The notes beneath the pieces were generated by a model. The model was not told where the DNA came from, did not search any database, and was given only the letters and a program-made list of their open reading frames with translations. A stretch of DNA of 64,000 nt from a plasmid. The stretch lies in sequence record NZ_CP011600.1; one strand, given 5' to 3'. Below, piece after piece: positions 26,217 through 38,905 of the stretch; within the stretch, counting starts at the first letter, position 1; each line of letters starts with the position of its first letter. The position numbers and the translations under genes are program-made.

Positions 26217-26581
26217 GGCTTGTCTCGCGCCCGGTCGATGCGTTCCTGCATCGCCTGCATCACTTCTTCGTGGGTGTACGATCTGGCGTTGGCGTCGGTG
26301 GCTTGCCGCAGGGCTTCCTCAACCTCGCGCGTCATCCGCTCGTAATCCTCCGGCCACAGCGCTTGCTCCATGCGCAGCGACGCCTGACCCAGCAGGTGCA
26401 GCAGGCTGAACAGCCGCATGTCGTTGGTGGCGACGATGCGCTCCCGAATCTGCTCCTGAATAGCTTCGCTAGCCCGATGCGCTTGTGGTGTGGCAGTCCC
26501 CTCGTAGTCAGCGGGGAATTCCGCTTCCTCGGCAATCCTTGCCCAGGCGCTGGCCAGCGCCTCGATGGTTGACGTGCTCAT
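26210..26581 (-). CDS. Hypothetical protein, 123 aa, translationally coupled to tnpR
   Basis: Start MSTSTIEALASAW... chosen because it overlaps the upstream stop (ATGA). The 186-aa table ORF includes a spurious extension. Overlaps tnpR start by 7 bp. Confidence 0.5.
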   Translation of the reverse strand: MSTSTIEALASAWARIAEEAEFPADYEGTATPQAHRASEAIQEQIRERIVATNDMRLFSLLHLLGQASLRMEQALWPEDYERMTREVEEALRQATDANARSYTHEEVMQAMQERIDRARDKPC

Positions 26582-27090
26582 TTCCGCCGCTCCTGTGCTC
26601 TTTGGCGAATCAACCGGCCAAGGGGCCTCGACGCGAAAACCAGCAGCATCACGCCTATCGGATACCAGGTCGAGAAGACCACCAAGGCATCGAAGGCTGG
26701 CCGTCCGGTGTTGGTAGGCAGTACGGCGGTCACAGCCATCAACCCGCCGACCGTCCAGATGATGCGCCACACGTAGGGCATCACGCGGGGCACGTAGCCG
26801 TCATCGAAAGCGGTCTGGTAGTAGCGGCGCAGGCCGCGCTCGGCAAGCGCCTGGCGCTGCCGCTCCGACAGCGCATCCGTCCGGCCATACCAGCGCCGGA
26901 ATGGTGGACAGCGCAGCAGCAAAGGGGTGAAGAGGATCATCACCGCCACGATCGCGACACCCCACGCCATGACGGCGCCGGCATCGGGCCGCTTGGCGTT
27001 CTCGATCACGGGCGCGAAGACGCCCGGAGCACCGATCATCCAGAACAGCGCAATGTGCTGATGGAAGGAGAGCTTCATTTGCTCATCCAC
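26578..27090 (-). CDS. Hypothetical membrane protein, 170 aa (about 4 TM segments)
   Basis: Hydrophobic stretches IALFWMIGAPGVFAPVI, AWGVAIVAVMILFTPLLL, IIWTVGGLMAVTAVL, VVFSTWYPIGVMLLVFA. Confidence 0.5.
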   Translation of the reverse strand: MDEQMKLSFHQHIALFWMIGAPGVFAPVIENAKRPDAGAVMAWGVAIVAVMILFTPLLLRCPPFRRWYGRTDALSERQRQALAERGLRRYYQTAFDDGYVPRVMPYVWRIIWTVGGLMAVTAVLPTNTGRPAFDALVVFSTWYPIGVMLLVFASRPLGRLIRQRAQERRK

Positions 27091-27401
27091 TTGCGCAGCA
27101 GGCGCTTTTTCAGGGAGGCGCGTTCTTGCGGGTTGCGTCCCTTGTGATTGGCGATGCGATCCGCCGTGGCGGCCTGGCGCTTGACGGGCCAGTAGGAGCG
27201 GCCATCCTTGCCCATCGACCAGACGCTGCTGGCCTGGTTTTCCAGCAGGGGCAGATGGGCGCTCAGGGCTTCGGGCGACGCGCTGGTCAGCGCCGTGCGC
27301 TCACGGGTGCGCCAGCGCTGATGCCAGAGCTTCTTGTCCTCGCGCTCGCTGCCGCAGGTCGTGTGCCCGACGATGGGTGTTTTGCGGCGGCTGCGGCTCA
27401 T
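27075..27401 (-). CDS. Hypothetical basic protein, 108 aa
   Basis: ORF overlapping the downstream gene by 16 bp. Arg/Lys-rich. No motif recognised. Confidence 0.4.
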   Translation of the reverse strand: MSRSRRKTPIVGHTTCGSEREDKKLWHQRWRTRERTALTSASPEALSAHLPLLENQASSVWSMGKDGRSYWPVKRQAATADRIANHKGRNPQERASLKKRLLRKWMSK

Positions 27402-27655
27402 AACGTAGTGGTCTCCAAGAACATTCAGGACTGATCCCAGGCGTCGATGGTCAAGACCTGATCGGCAGGACAGGCGGCTACGCGGTCGGGAACTGGATGG
27501 TGTTCAGTCTCATGCCGACCCCATTCGATTGATCGCGTCGCTTGCGGCACGCTGCGACGCAAGGAGGTTTGCGACCTGGTTTAGCAGCCGTGTCCGCTGC
27601 ATGTCTGTTACCTATCTCCCCGACCGCTCATTGGACCAACTCCAGAGATTGGGCT

Positions 27656-28012
27656 CTATCGCTCAGCCAATACGAAACCGGCATTGGCTGATGCCACAAC
27701 CGAGACTAACACAAATGGCTCGGTACCTGTATTTCGCGCCCCGTGCACTTGGCCCGGTCTTGCCACGGCTATCTCACCTTCCCTGAGGGCACGAACAATC
27801 CCATTGCCCTGAAAGTAATCAGCCATTCCCGACAAAACAGTCCACGTGTCTTGGCCGTGAGGATGAATGTGAGCCGCAATTTCCTGCCCGGGATGGACAT
27901 GCCAAACCACGATAATTGAGTCTCGGGTTTCAAGCACAACGGAACGAATAGGCTCGCCTTCGGACGGCTGAACATACTCGGCTACAGAAAATATTCTCGA
28001 TTCAACAGTCAT
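27656..28012 (-). CDS. Cupin-domain protein, about 118 aa
   Basis: Cupin motifs HVHPGQEIAAHIHPHGQDTW and PGQVHGARN. Start MTVESR preferred (GAGGGA 8 nt upstream). Table ORF extended to 28231. Confidence 0.65.
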   Translation of the reverse strand: MTVESRIFSVAEYVQPSEGEPIRSVVLETRDSIIVVWHVHPGQEIAAHIHPHGQDTWTVLSGMADYFQGNGIVRALREGEIAVARPGQVHGARNTGTEPFVLVSVVASANAGFVLAER

Positions 28013-28403
28013 CGGAGATCCCTCTTTCACAGTTGTCGTTACGGTCTTCATCGTCGGCATCCTGACGCACGGCGGGCAATTGCTGGAGCAACGCCGGCAG
28101 CCATTCCTGTACCGTCTCCCACACCACATCGAGGTTGATGTCGAAATAGCCGTGAGCCATGCGATTACGCATATTGCGCATGCTGCGCCACGGCACGTCG
28201 GCATGCGCCTGGGTGAACTCGACGTAGCCATCCATCACCTTTGTGGCCGCCTCGCCGATGACGATCAGGCTCATGATGACGGCCTGCTGGGTGCGCTTGT
28301 CGGCCAAGAAGTCGTCCTTGGCCATCCCTTCCACGAAGCTGCGCGCATCGGTTGCGGCCTGCTGAATGTGGTCGAGGTAATCGGGCAGGCGGTTCTCGCT
28401 CAT
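28002..28403 (-). CDS. hepT: HepT-like (DUF86) toxin of a HepT/MntA nucleotidyltransferase TA pair
   Basis: Rx4HxY motif (RNRMAHGY). Overlaps mntA stop by 4 bp. Confidence 0.7.
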   Translation of the reverse strand: MSENRLPDYLDHIQQAATDARSFVEGMAKDDFLADKRTQQAVIMSLIVIGEAATKVMDGYVEFTQAHADVPWRSMRNMRNRMAHGYFDINLDVVWETVQEWLPALLQQLPAVRQDADDEDRNDNCERGISDDC

Positions 28404-28696
28404 ATCGGTTGCGCCTCCGCGAGCACCTTGGCCCGGAACTTCGGCGGCAGGTCGCCGGGAGTCAGCAGATCGACGTCAACGCCGAGCAGCGATTTCAGTT
28501 CTTCTTCCAAATCGCCCAAGTCCAACAACGTGGCACCGGGCAGCGCATCGACCAACAGGTCGAGGTCGCTGCCATCCCGGTCGGTGCCATGCAGCACCGA
28601 GCCGAAGACGCGCGGGTTCGCGGCGCGAAAGCGGCCTACCGCTTCACGCACTGCGCTTCGCTTCATGTCAAGCACAACAGACGGTCGCATGCGCAT
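28400..28696 (-). CDS. mntA: MntA-like minimal nucleotidyltransferase antitoxin
   Basis: GSx10DxD motif (GSVLHGTDRDGSDLDLLVD). Confidence 0.7.
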   Translation of the reverse strand: MRMRPSVVLDMKRSAVREAVGRFRAANPRVFGSVLHGTDRDGSDLDLLVDALPGATLLDLGDLEEELKSLLGVDVDLLTPGDLPPKFRAKVLAEAQPI

Positions 28697-28700
28697 CCTT

Positions 28701-28786
28701 TCTTATCGAAACTCGTTGAGATGATATGCAATCAAGAATAGAATTTCAAGAACTATTTTCGAGAATCGCAATGCCTTGATTCCCGT
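28701..28786. promoter_or_regulatory. res-like site homologous (about 80%, inverted) to the res of the czcD transposon at 38457-38540
   Basis: Reverse complement aligns to CAAATCAATGCGTTGCGATTCTCGAAAACAGTTCTTGAAACTTTATTCTTGAATTCTTATCATATCAACGCGTTTCGAGAAATA by eye. Confidence 0.55.
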
Positions 28787-28882
28787 GCCGCGCCGGTTGT
28801 CACTTTCAGAAGGCGACAGCACGAAATATCAAAAGTCGACCGCACGGTCTTTTCTGACGTTGGAGTCGCCTCAGAAAACGGA

Positions 28883-30209
28883 ATCTATGGTCACTCCCGT
28901 TTTTGCAACACCGATTTTGACGACAAGTTGGCTTGCTTGAATCTATCCGGCGTCTGAATGGGATTTTATTCCCGCGCCTCGATGAGTTCCGCGCCTGATG
29001 AACCTCCAGAAAATATACGGCTTCAATGAGCCTTTCCGTTTTACAGGTTCCTCAACAGGCCGGTGGGCCGTTAGTATCATCAATATCAGTATTCGCAAAA
29101 CCAGATGAATGATTGTTTAAACTGGTGTATTTCTGCCTTTATGCTTCGTAAGTTTGCTGTCGCGCCGTCAGTGCCCAGGCTATTCTGGCCAGCTTGTTTG
29201 CCAGAGCACAGGTGACGACAAAGTTGCTTTTCCGACACAACAACTCCCTGACCCAGTCGGCCAACTTGCCAGACTGGTGTTCCAGTTTTTGTATGAATAC
29301 CCTGGCACACTGAACCAACAAAGTTCGGATCTTTTTGTTGCCCCGCTTGCTAATCCCTAACAATGTCGTCCGACCTCCCGTGCTGTACTGTCGGGGTACC
29401 AGCCCTGTTGCCGCCGCAAAGTCACGGCTGCTGGCGTACTGCTTCCCGTCGCCAATCTCAGTTGAAATAGTACTGGCAGTCAGCGTTCCAACGCAGGGAA
29501 TACTCAGCAAGCGCTGTCCAACCTCATCTTCGTCCAACTTTCGTTTCAACTGAGATTCCAGATCTTTAATCTGCTCAACAAGATAGTGATAATGCTGTTG
29601 TAATTTCAGCAGTAACTGGCTGAGATAAAGAGGCAAACTACTGTCCTCAAGAAGGGTACTCAGTCGACTAATAACGGCAGCACCTCGCGGAACGCTGATA
29701 CCAAATTCCAGCAGAAAAGCATGCATCTGATTAGTTGTTTTCACCTTATCCTGAACCAGGGATTCACGGACACGATGCAGAGCTCGCATTGCCTGCTGAG
29801 ATTCGGTTCTGGGCTGCACGAAACGCATAGATGGACGTGATGCTGCTTCACAGATAGCTTCAGCATCAACGAAGTCATTTTTGTTGCTTTTAACGAATGG
29901 GCGGACAAATTGCGGTGATATCAGCTTTGGAAAATGCCCTAACTCTGCCAGCTTGCGTGCCATAAAGTGAGAACCGCCACAGGCTTCCATCGCGATGGTT
30001 GTTGCCGGGCATGTCGCCAGAAATTCGATTAGCTTTGGTCGGGTGAATTTTTTACGGTAAACGGCCTTCCCACGATGATCCTGACAATGAATATGGAAAG
30101 AGTTCTTACCCAGATCGATACCAATAAGCGCAATGTTTTCCATGATGGTTCTCCGAATGAAAGCCTGTCCTCAGCATAGTACTGGGAAGGAGGGAGTGAC
30201 CATCTCATT
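28883..30209 (-). mobile_element. IS4321/IS5075-like IS, copy 4, inside the mer-end IR
   Basis: Outer IR half GGAGTCGCCTCAGAAAACGGA at 28862-28882. Inner half AAATAAAGCACGCTAAG at 30210-30226, 16 bp from merR stop. Confidence 0.85.
29139..30143 (-). CDS. IS110-family transposase (IS5075 type)
   Basis: Identical 334-aa ORF. Confidence 0.9.
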   Translation of the reverse strand: MENIALIGIDLGKNSFHIHCQDHRGKAVYRKKFTRPKLIEFLATCPATTIAMEACGGSHFMARKLAELGHFPKLISPQFVRPFVKSNKNDFVDAEAICEAASRPSMRFVQPRTESQQAMRALHRVRESLVQDKVKTTNQMHAFLLEFGISVPRGAAVISRLSTLLEDSSLPLYLSQLLLKLQQHYHYLVEQIKDLESQLKRKLDEDEVGQRLLSIPCVGTLTASTISTEIGDGKQYASSRDFAAATGLVPRQYSTGGRTTLLGISKRGNKKIRTLLVQCARVFIQKLEHQSGKLADWVRELLCRKSNFVVTCALANKLARIAWALTARQQTYEA

Positions 30210-30242
30210 AAATAAAGCACGCTAAGGCGTAGTTCCCTCGGG

Positions 30243-30677
30243 CTACACCGCGTCCGCACTGCGCGGTTCTTTCTTCCCTTGCAGTGACGCAATCAGCGGG
30301 CAGGAAACGTTCCCCTTCCGCGCATGGCAGGCGCACACCAAATCAGACAGCACGGCCTCCATGCGCGCCAGGTCAGCCATCCTCTCGCGCACGTCCTTGA
30401 GCTTGTGCTCGGCCAGGCTGCTGGCTTCCTCGCAATGGGTGCCATCCTCCAGCCGCAGCAGCTCGGCGATCTCATCCAGGCTGAAGCCCAACCGCTGGGC
30501 TGATTTCACGAAGCGCACCCGCGTTACATCCGTCTCGCCATAGCGGCGAATGCTGCCGTAAGGCTTGTCCGGTTCCGGGAGCAAGCCCTTGCGCTGATAG
30601 AACCGGATGGTCTCCACATTGACCCCGGCCGTCCTGGCGAAAACGCCAATGGTCAGGTTCTCCAAATTGTTTTCCAT
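30243..30677 (-). CDS. merR: Mercuric resistance regulator MerR
   Basis: 144 aa. MerR HTH. Cys79/Cys114/Cys123-type motifs ([11 protein letters not shown]...[19 protein letters not shown]). Confidence 0.9.
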   Translation of the reverse strand: MENNLENLTIGVFARTAGVNVETIRFYQRKGLLPEPDKPYGSIRRYGETDVTRVRFVKSAQRLGFSLDEIAELLRLEDGTHCEEASSLAEHKLKDVRERMADLARMEAVLSDLVCACHARKGNVSCPLIASLQGKKEPRSADAV

Positions 30678-30682
30678 ATCGC

Positions 30683-30713
30683 TTGACTCCGTACATAACT
30701 ACGGAAGTAAGCT
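30683..30713 (+). promoter_or_regulatory. mer operator/promoter: TTGACT, then 19-bp spacer with dyad CCGTACATaactACGGAAG, then TAAGCT
   Basis: Matches the Tn501/Tn21 PmerT architecture (from memory). Confidence 0.75.
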
Positions 30714-30748
30714 TAAGCTATCCAATTCAGATTCGAAAGGACAAACGT

Positions 30749-31099
30749 ATGTCTGAACCTCAAAACGGGCGCGGCGCGCTCTTCACTGGCGGGCTGGCCG
30801 CCATCCTCGCCTCGGCTTGCTGCCTCGGGCCGCTGGTTCTGATCGCCTTGGGGTTCAGCGGCGCTTGGATCGGCAACTTGACGGTGTTGGAACCCTATCG
30901 CCCCATCTTTATCGGCGTGGCGCTGGTGGCGTTGTTCTTCGCCTGGCGGCGCATCTACCGGCCGTCAGCCGCCTGCAAACCGGGTGAGGTTTGCGCGATT
31001 CCCCAAGTGCGAGCTACTTACAAGCTCATTTTCTGGGGCGTGGCCGTGCTGGTTTTGGTCGCGCTCGGATTTCCCTACGTCGTGCCATTTTTCTATTGA
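30749..31099 (+). CDS. merT: MerT mercuric ion transporter
   Basis: 116 aa from MSEPQNGRGALFTGGLAAILASACCLGPLVLIALGFS.... Table ORF has upstream extension. Confidence 0.9.
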   Translation: MSEPQNGRGALFTGGLAAILASACCLGPLVLIALGFSGAWIGNLTVLEPYRPIFIGVALVALFFAWRRIYRPSAACKPGEVCAIPQVRATYKLIFWGVAVLVLVALGFPYVVPFFY

Positions 31100-31114
31100 T
31101 CACAGGAGTTCACC

Positions 31115-33281
<2,167 letters not shown>

Positions 33282-33297
33282 AAAAAGGAGGTTTTCA

Positions 33298-33663
33298 ATG
33301 AGCGCCTACACCGTGTCCCGGCTGGCCCTTGATGCCGGGGTGAGCGTGCATATCGTGCGCGACTACCTGCTGCGCGGATTGCTGCGTCCGGTGGCGTGCA
33401 CCCCGGGCGGCTATGGCCTGTTCGATGATGCCGCCTTGCAACGGCTGTGCTTCGTGCGGGCGGCCTTCGAGGCGGGCATCGGCCTGGACGCGCTGGCGCG
33501 GCTGTGCCGGGCGCTGGATGCTGCGGACGGCGATGAAGCGGCCGCGCAGCTTGCCGTTCTGCGCCAGTTCGTCGAGCGTCGGCGCGAAGCGTTGGCCGAT
33601 CTGGAGGTGCAGTTGGCCACCATGCCGACCGAGCCGGCACAGCACGCGGAGAGTCTGCCATGA
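33298..33663 (+). CDS. merD: MerD co-regulator
   Basis: 121 aa MerR-like HTH ([29 protein letters not shown]). Confidence 0.85.
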   Translation: MSAYTVSRLALDAGVSVHIVRDYLLRGLLRPVACTPGGYGLFDDAALQRLCFVRAAFEAGIGLDALARLCRALDAADGDEAAAQLAVLRQFVERRREALADLEVQLATMPTEPAQHAESLP

Positions 33664-33896
33664 ACAGCCCCGAGCGCTTGCCGTCCGAGACGCACAAACC
33701 GATCACCGGCTACCTGTGGGGCGCGCTGGCCGTGCTCACCTGTCCCTGCCATTTGCCGATTCTCGCCATTGTGCTGGCCGGCACGACGGCCGGCGCGTTC
33801 ATCGGAGAGTACTGGGGTATCGCAGCCCTCACGCTGACCGGTTTGTTCGTCCTGTCTGTGACACGACTGCTGCGGGCCTTCAAAGATCGATCATGA
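33660..33896 (+). CDS. merE: MerE
   Basis: 78 aa with CPC in TM helix ([10 protein letters not shown]). Overlaps merD stop. Confidence 0.85.
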   Translation: MNSPERLPSETHKPITGYLWGALAVLTCPCHLPILAIVLAGTTAGAFIGEYWGIAALTLTGLFVLSVTRLLRAFKDRS

Positions 33897-33899
33897 GCG

Positions 33900-34062
33900 C
33901 TTCCCATTGAGACAAACCACGCTGTCGCTACGTTGCCTCATGCCGGCATCAAATTCGGCTGAGTAGCTTCTCGCCATCTGGACGTAGCTCACCCTTGGGT
34001 GAAACATGCCGATACAGGGTCTGCCGCGTGACGCCAAGTTCCTGGCACAGGTCGCCGACCTT
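33900..34062 (-). pseudogene. C-terminal fragment (HTH) of a serine resolvase (TniR-like position) abutting the outer end of the czcD-transposon IR
   Basis: Minus-strand frame reads ...PKVGDLCQELGVTRQTLYRHVSPKGELRPDGEKLLSRI*. Resolvase-type C-terminal HTH. Only about 50 codons remain. Confidence 0.45.
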
Positions 34063-34082
34063 GGGGTCACCTCAGAAAACGG

Positions 34083-35409
34083 ATCTATGGTCACTCCCGT
34101 TTTTGCAACACCGATTTTGACGACAAGTTGGCTTGCTTGAATCTATCCGGCGTCTGAATGGGATTTTATTCCCGCGCCTCGATGAGTTCCGCGCCTGATG
34201 AACCTCCAGAAAATATACGGCTTCAATGAGCCTTTCCGTTTTACAGGTTCCTCAACAGGCCGGTGGGCCGTTAGTATCATCAATATCAGTATTCGCAAAA
34301 CCAGATGAATGATTGTTTAAACTGGTGTATTTCTGCCTTTATGCTTCGTAAGTTTGCTGTCGCGCCGTCAGTGCCCAGGCTATTCTGGCCAGCTTGTTTG
34401 CCAGAGCACAGGTGACGACAAAGTTGCTTTTCCGACACAACAACTCCCTGACCCAGTCGGCCAACTTGCCAGACTGGTGTTCCAGTTTTTGTATGAATAC
34501 CCTGGCACACTGAACCAACAAAGTTCGGATCTTTTTGTTGCCCCGCTTGCTAATCCCTAACAATGTCGTCCGACCTCCCGTGCTGTACTGTCGGGGTACC
34601 AGCCCTGTTGCCGCCGCAAAGTCACGGCTGCTGGCGTACTGCTTCCCGTCGCCAATCTCAGTTGAAATAGTACTGGCAGTCAGCGTTCCAACGCAGGGAA
34701 TACTCAGCAAGCGCTGTCCAACCTCATCTTCGTCCAACTTTCGTTTCAACTGAGATTCCAGATCTTTAATCTGCTCAACAAGATAGTGATAATGCTGTTG
34801 TAATTTCAGCAGTAACTGGCTGAGATAAAGAGGCAAACTACTGTCCTCAAGAAGGGTACTCAGTCGACTAATAACGGCAGCACCTCGCGGAACGCTGATA
34901 CCAAATTCCAGCAGAAAAGCATGCATCTGATTAGTTGTTTTCACCTTATCCTGAACCAGGGATTCACGGACACGATGCAGAGCTCGCATTGCCTGCTGAG
35001 ATTCGGTTCTGGGCTGCACGAAACGCATAGATGGACGTGATGCTGCTTCACAGATAGCTTCAGCATCAACGAAGTCATTTTTGTTGCTTTTAACGAATGG
35101 GCGGACAAATTGCGGTGATATCAGCTTTGGAAAATGCCCTAACTCTGCCAGCTTGCGTGCCATAAAGTGAGAACCGCCACAGGCTTCCATCGCGATGGTT
35201 GTTGCCGGGCATGTCGCCAGAAATTCGATTAGCTTTGGTCGGGTGAATTTTTTACGGTAAACGGCCTTCCCACGATGATCCTGACAATGAATATGGAAAG
35301 AGTTCTTACCCAGATCGATACCAATAAGCGCAATGTTTTCCATGATGGTTCTCCGAATGAAAGCCTGTCCTCAGCATAGTACTGGGAAGGAGGGAGTGAC
35401 CATCTCATT
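34083..35409 (-). mobile_element. IS4321/IS5075-like IS, copy 5, in the tnpA-proximal IR of the czcD transposon
   Basis: Outer IR half GGGGTCACCTCAGAAAACGG (34063-34082) is one A shorter than in other copies (AAAACGG|ATCTATGG). Inner half AAAAATCGTACGCTAAG 35410-35426 contains the tnpA stop. Confidence 0.85.
34339..35343 (-). CDS. IS110-family transposase (IS5075 type)
   Basis: Identical 334-aa ORF. Confidence 0.9.
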   Translation of the reverse strand: MENIALIGIDLGKNSFHIHCQDHRGKAVYRKKFTRPKLIEFLATCPATTIAMEACGGSHFMARKLAELGHFPKLISPQFVRPFVKSNKNDFVDAEAICEAASRPSMRFVQPRTESQQAMRALHRVRESLVQDKVKTTNQMHAFLLEFGISVPRGAAVISRLSTLLEDSSLPLYLSQLLLKLQQHYHYLVEQIKDLESQLKRKLDEDEVGQRLLSIPCVGTLTASTISTEIGDGKQYASSRDFAAATGLVPRQYSTGGRTTLLGISKRGNKKIRTLLVQCARVFIQKLEHQSGKLADWVRELLCRKSNFVVTCALANKLARIAWALTARQQTYEA

Positions 35410-35421
35410 AAAAATCGTACG

Positions 35422-38391
35422 CTAAGACCCAGAGAGCGGACGTAGCGGTCGGAATTTCCCCACGCCTACTTTGGAGCTACTGCGCCAGAGGTAATCGCCG
35501 GTCAGGTTGATATGCTCCCAACCCAGCGGCGACAGGTACTGCAACAGCCCTTCATCGACACCATGGCCGTGGCCGCGCAAAGCATTCGCGGCGCGCTCCA
35601 GGTAGACCGTGTTCCACAGCACGATGGCCGCCGTCACCAGGTTGAGGCCACTGGCCCGGTAGCGCTGCTGCTCGAAACTGCGGTCGCGGATTTCGCCCAG
35701 CCGGTTGAAGAACACCGCCCTGGCCAGCGCATTGCGGGCTTCGCCCTTGTTCAATCCGGCATGCACACGACGGCGTAGTTCCACGCTTTGCAGCCAGTCC
35801 AAGATGAACAGCGTGCGCTCGATGCGCCCCAGCTCGCGCAGCGCAACGGCCAGGCCGTTCTGGCGCGGGTAGCTGCCGAGCTTGCGCAACATCAGCGAGG
35901 CCGTCACCGTGCCCTGTTTGATCGAGGTAGCCAGGCGCAGGATTTCATCCCAATGGGCACGAATAGCCTTGATGTTCAACTTGTCGCTGCTAATCGTCGG
36001 TCTGAGTGCGTCGTAACTGGCTTCACCCTTAGGGATGAACAGCTTGGTGTCGCCCAGGGCGCGGATGCGCGGCGCGAAGCGGAAGCCCAGCAGATGCATG
36101 AGGGCAAAGACATGATCGGTGAAGCCCGCCGTGTCGGTGTAGTGCTCCTCGATGCGCAGGTCGGACTCGTGGTACAGCAGGCCGTCGAGCACGTAGGTCG
36201 AGTCGCGCACGCCGACGTTCACGACCTTGGTGTGGAACGGCGCGTACTGGTCGGAGATGTGCGTGTAAAACGTCCGCCCTGGGCTGCTGCCATATTTCGG
36301 GTTGATGTGCCCGGTGCTCTCGGCCTTGCTGCCGGTGCGGAAGTTCTGGCCGTCCGACGATGACGTGGTGCCGTCACCCCAATGCTCGGCGAAGGGATGC
36401 CGGAACTGCGCGTTCACCAATTCGGCCAGCGCCGTCGAATAGGTTTCATCGCGGGTATGCCAGGCTTGTAGCCAGGCGAGCTTGGCATACGTTGTGCCGG
36501 GACAGGACTCGGCCATCTTGGTCAGGCCGAGATTGATCGCGTCGGCCAGTATGGTGGTCAGCAGCAGGTTCTTGTCCTTGGCCAGGTCGCCCGATTTCAG
36601 GTGCGTAAAGTGGCGGGTGAAGCCCGTCCATTCATCCACTTCCATAAGCAGTTCGGTGATCTTGATGTGCGGCAGGATCATCGCGGTCTGGTCGATCAGC
36701 GCCTGCGCGGTGTCAGGCACCGCCGCATCCAGAGGCGTGATCTTCAGGCCAGACTCGGTGATGATGGCGTCCGGCAGGTCGTTGGCCGCCGCCATGCGGT
36801 TGACGGTCGCAAGCTGTGTTTCTAGCAGCGTCAGCCGGTCATGCAGGTACTGGTCGCAGTTGGTGACCACAGCCAGCGGCAGTTCGCTGGCCAGCTTGAG
36901 GCTGGCGAATTTCACAGGCGGTACCAGGTAGTCCTCGAAATCCTTGAACTGGCGTGAGCCTTGCACCCAGATGTCGCCGGAGCGCAGCGCGTTCTTCAGT
37001 TCCGACAGTGCGCACAACTCGTAGTAGCGCCGGTCGATGCCGGCATCGGTCATCACCAGCTTCTGCCAGCGCGGCTTGATGAAGTCGGTCGGCGCATCGG
37101 CAGGCACCTTGCGTGCGTTGTCGCTGTTCATGCCGCGCAGCACCTCGATGGCGTCCAGCACATCCTTGGCAGCGGGCGCAGCCCGCAGCTTGAGCACGGC
37201 GAGGAATTCCGGCGCGTACCGGCGTAACGTGGCGTAGCTCTCGCCGATGCGGTGCAGGAAATCGAAGTCCTCGGGCTGCGCGAGCTTCTGCGCTTCGGTG
37301 ACATTTTCGGCGAAAGCATCCCAGGATAGTACGCCCTCGATGGCGGCGAACGGATCGCGGCCCGCTTGCTTGGCCTCGATCAGCGCCTGGCCGATGCGCC
37401 CGAACAGCCGCACCTTGGCGTTGATCGCCTTGCCGGATGCCTGAAACTGCTGCTGATGCTTGTTCTTGGCGGCGTTGAACAGCTTGCCCAGGATGCGGTC
37501 GTGCAAGTCGATGATTTCGTCGGTGACCGTGGCCATGCCCTCGATGGCGAGCGCGACCAGGGTGGCGTAGCGCCGCTGCGCCTCGAACTTGGCCAGGTCG
37601 GCGGGTGTCATCTGGCCACCCTCGCGGGCGATCTTGAGCAGGCGATTCTGGTGCACCGACCGCTCGACGCCGGAAGGCAGGTCGAGCGCCTGCCATGCCT
37701 TGAGGCGTTCGATGTGTTCGAGCATGTGCCGCGAATTGGGCTTGACGGGTGACTGGCGCAGCCAGGCCAGCCAGGTCGTTTTGCCGTTGTCCCGGCGTTT
37801 GAGCAGATCGTCAAGGCGGCGACGATGCGCGTCCGATAGCGGTTCGGACAAGGTTTCGTAGATTTGCCGGTTGGCGCGGGTGATCGCCTCGGCACAGACG
37901 CGCTCGACAACATCCAGCGTCGGCAAGATGACGTGTCGGTGCCGCAGGTCGTCGAGAACACTGTTGGCCAGCATGATGCCCTTGTCGGTTTGCAAGGCCA
38001 ACTCGGTCGCGGCATGGACAGCCTGCCGATAGTGCGCCAGGCCGAACGGCTCCATGCCCAAATATGCACGCAGCTCAAGCAGATGCTCGCGCCGGGTTTC
38101 TTCCCTCTCTGCATACTGTGGCCAGCACGATGGATCGATGCGCAGTTGCCGTCCGATCCATTGCAGCAGGGGCATCGGCACCGCAGCGTCGGGCAGCAGG
38201 CCCTGACCGGGAAAGCGCAATAAGCATAATTGCACCGCGACACCCAGGCGGTTGGCGTCACCGCGCCGCTGGCGGATTAGTGACAGGTCGGGTTCGCTGA
38301 ACGTGTAGAGCCGGATGAGTTCGTCTTGGGTATCGGGCAACGCCAAGAGACTGTCGCGCTCTGCGGCGGAGAGGATTGAACGGCGGGGCAT
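35422..38391 (-). CDS. tnpA: Tn21-subgroup Tn3-family transposase TnpA, 989 aa, intact
   Basis: [31 protein letters not shown].... Colinear with Tn21/Tn1721 TnpA along full length. Stop inside the 38-bp IR. Confidence 0.9.
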   Translation of the reverse strand: MPRRSILSAAERDSLLALPDTQDELIRLYTFSEPDLSLIRQRRGDANRLGVAVQLCLLRFPGQGLLPDAAVPMPLLQWIGRQLRIDPSCWPQYAEREETRREHLLELRAYLGMEPFGLAHYRQAVHAATELALQTDKGIMLANSVLDDLRHRHVILPTLDVVERVCAEAITRANRQIYETLSEPLSDAHRRRLDDLLKRRDNGKTTWLAWLRQSPVKPNSRHMLEHIERLKAWQALDLPSGVERSVHQNRLLKIAREGGQMTPADLAKFEAQRRYATLVALAIEGMATVTDEIIDLHDRILGKLFNAAKNKHQQQFQASGKAINAKVRLFGRIGQALIEAKQAGRDPFAAIEGVLSWDAFAENVTEAQKLAQPEDFDFLHRIGESYATLRRYAPEFLAVLKLRAAPAAKDVLDAIEVLRGMNSDNARKVPADAPTDFIKPRWQKLVMTDAGIDRRYYELCALSELKNALRSGDIWVQGSRQFKDFEDYLVPPVKFASLKLASELPLAVVTNCDQYLHDRLTLLETQLATVNRMAAANDLPDAIITESGLKITPLDAAVPDTAQALIDQTAMILPHIKITELLMEVDEWTGFTRHFTHLKSGDLAKDKNLLLTTILADAINLGLTKMAESCPGTTYAKLAWLQAWHTRDETYSTALAELVNAQFRHPFAEHWGDGTTSSSDGQNFRTGSKAESTGHINPKYGSSPGRTFYTHISDQYAPFHTKVVNVGVRDSTYVLDGLLYHESDLRIEEHYTDTAGFTDHVFALMHLLGFRFAPRIRALGDTKLFIPKGEASYDALRPTISSDKLNIKAIRAHWDEILRLATSIKQGTVTASLMLRKLGSYPRQNGLAVALRELGRIERTLFILDWLQSVELRRRVHAGLNKGEARNALARAVFFNRLGEIRDRSFEQQRYRASGLNLVTAAIVLWNTVYLERAANALRGHGHGVDEGLLQYLSPLGWEHINLTGDYLWRSSSKVGVGKFRPLRPLSGS

Positions 38392-38577
38392 GCAGTCTCC
38401 TTCTTCTCAAAAACGTAGGTTTGCGACAATCCCGCTCAACCCTCTGGCGCGGTACAGCAAATCAATGCGTTGCGATTCTCGAAAACAGTTCTTGAAACTT
38501 TATTCTTGAATTCTTATCATATCAACGCGTTTCGAGAAATAGTGATGTAGCCAACCGCTGCCCCAAGTGGCTTTGAC
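38392..38577. promoter_or_regulatory. res site between divergent tnpA and the (zinc-ribbon gene)-tnpR unit
   Basis: Non-coding. Shares an 85-bp core with the res-like site at 28701-28786. Confidence 0.5.
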
Positions 38578-38601
38578 GTGTTTACGAAAGGAGAAAGACT
38601 C

Positions 38602-38898
38602 ATGGGTATTTTTGACAGACTTTTCGGTGGCCACCACGGTGGCGGTTACAGCGGTGGTGGGCATCACGGTGGTGGGCATCACGGTGGTGGCGGTGGGTAC
38701 GGAAGCGGCGGGCCGCCAGCGGGCGGGTGGGGTAATGGCGGCCTTGCTTGCCCCAACTGCAAGGCATCTAACGCGCCAGGCGCTCGCTTCTGCCAGCAGT
38801 GCGGGACTTCGTTGGTTCCTTCGGCTTGCGCGCAATGCGGAACCACACTGCAACCGGGTACGAAGTTTTGCGCTCAGTGCGGCAAGGCAGCGGTCTGA
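38602..38898 (+). CDS. Gly/His-rich protein with C-terminal double zinc ribbon, 98 aa
   Basis: MGIFDRLFGGHHGGGYSGGGHHGGGHHGGGGGYGSGG... then CPNC...CQQC...CAQC...CAQC. Sits between res and tnpR, next to a CDF metal exporter. Confidence 0.6.
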   Translation: MGIFDRLFGGHHGGGYSGGGHHGGGHHGGGGGYGSGGPPAGGWGNGGLACPNCKASNAPGARFCQQCGTSLVPSACAQCGTTLQPGTKFCAQCGKAAV

Positions 38899-38905
38899 CC
38901 GTGCC

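Noticed and set aside
35512-38300. Numerous 60-285-aa ORFs on both strands within tnpA (35422-38391)
   Set aside because: GC-rich antisense frames. tnpA reads as a single 989-aa Tn21-type transposase.
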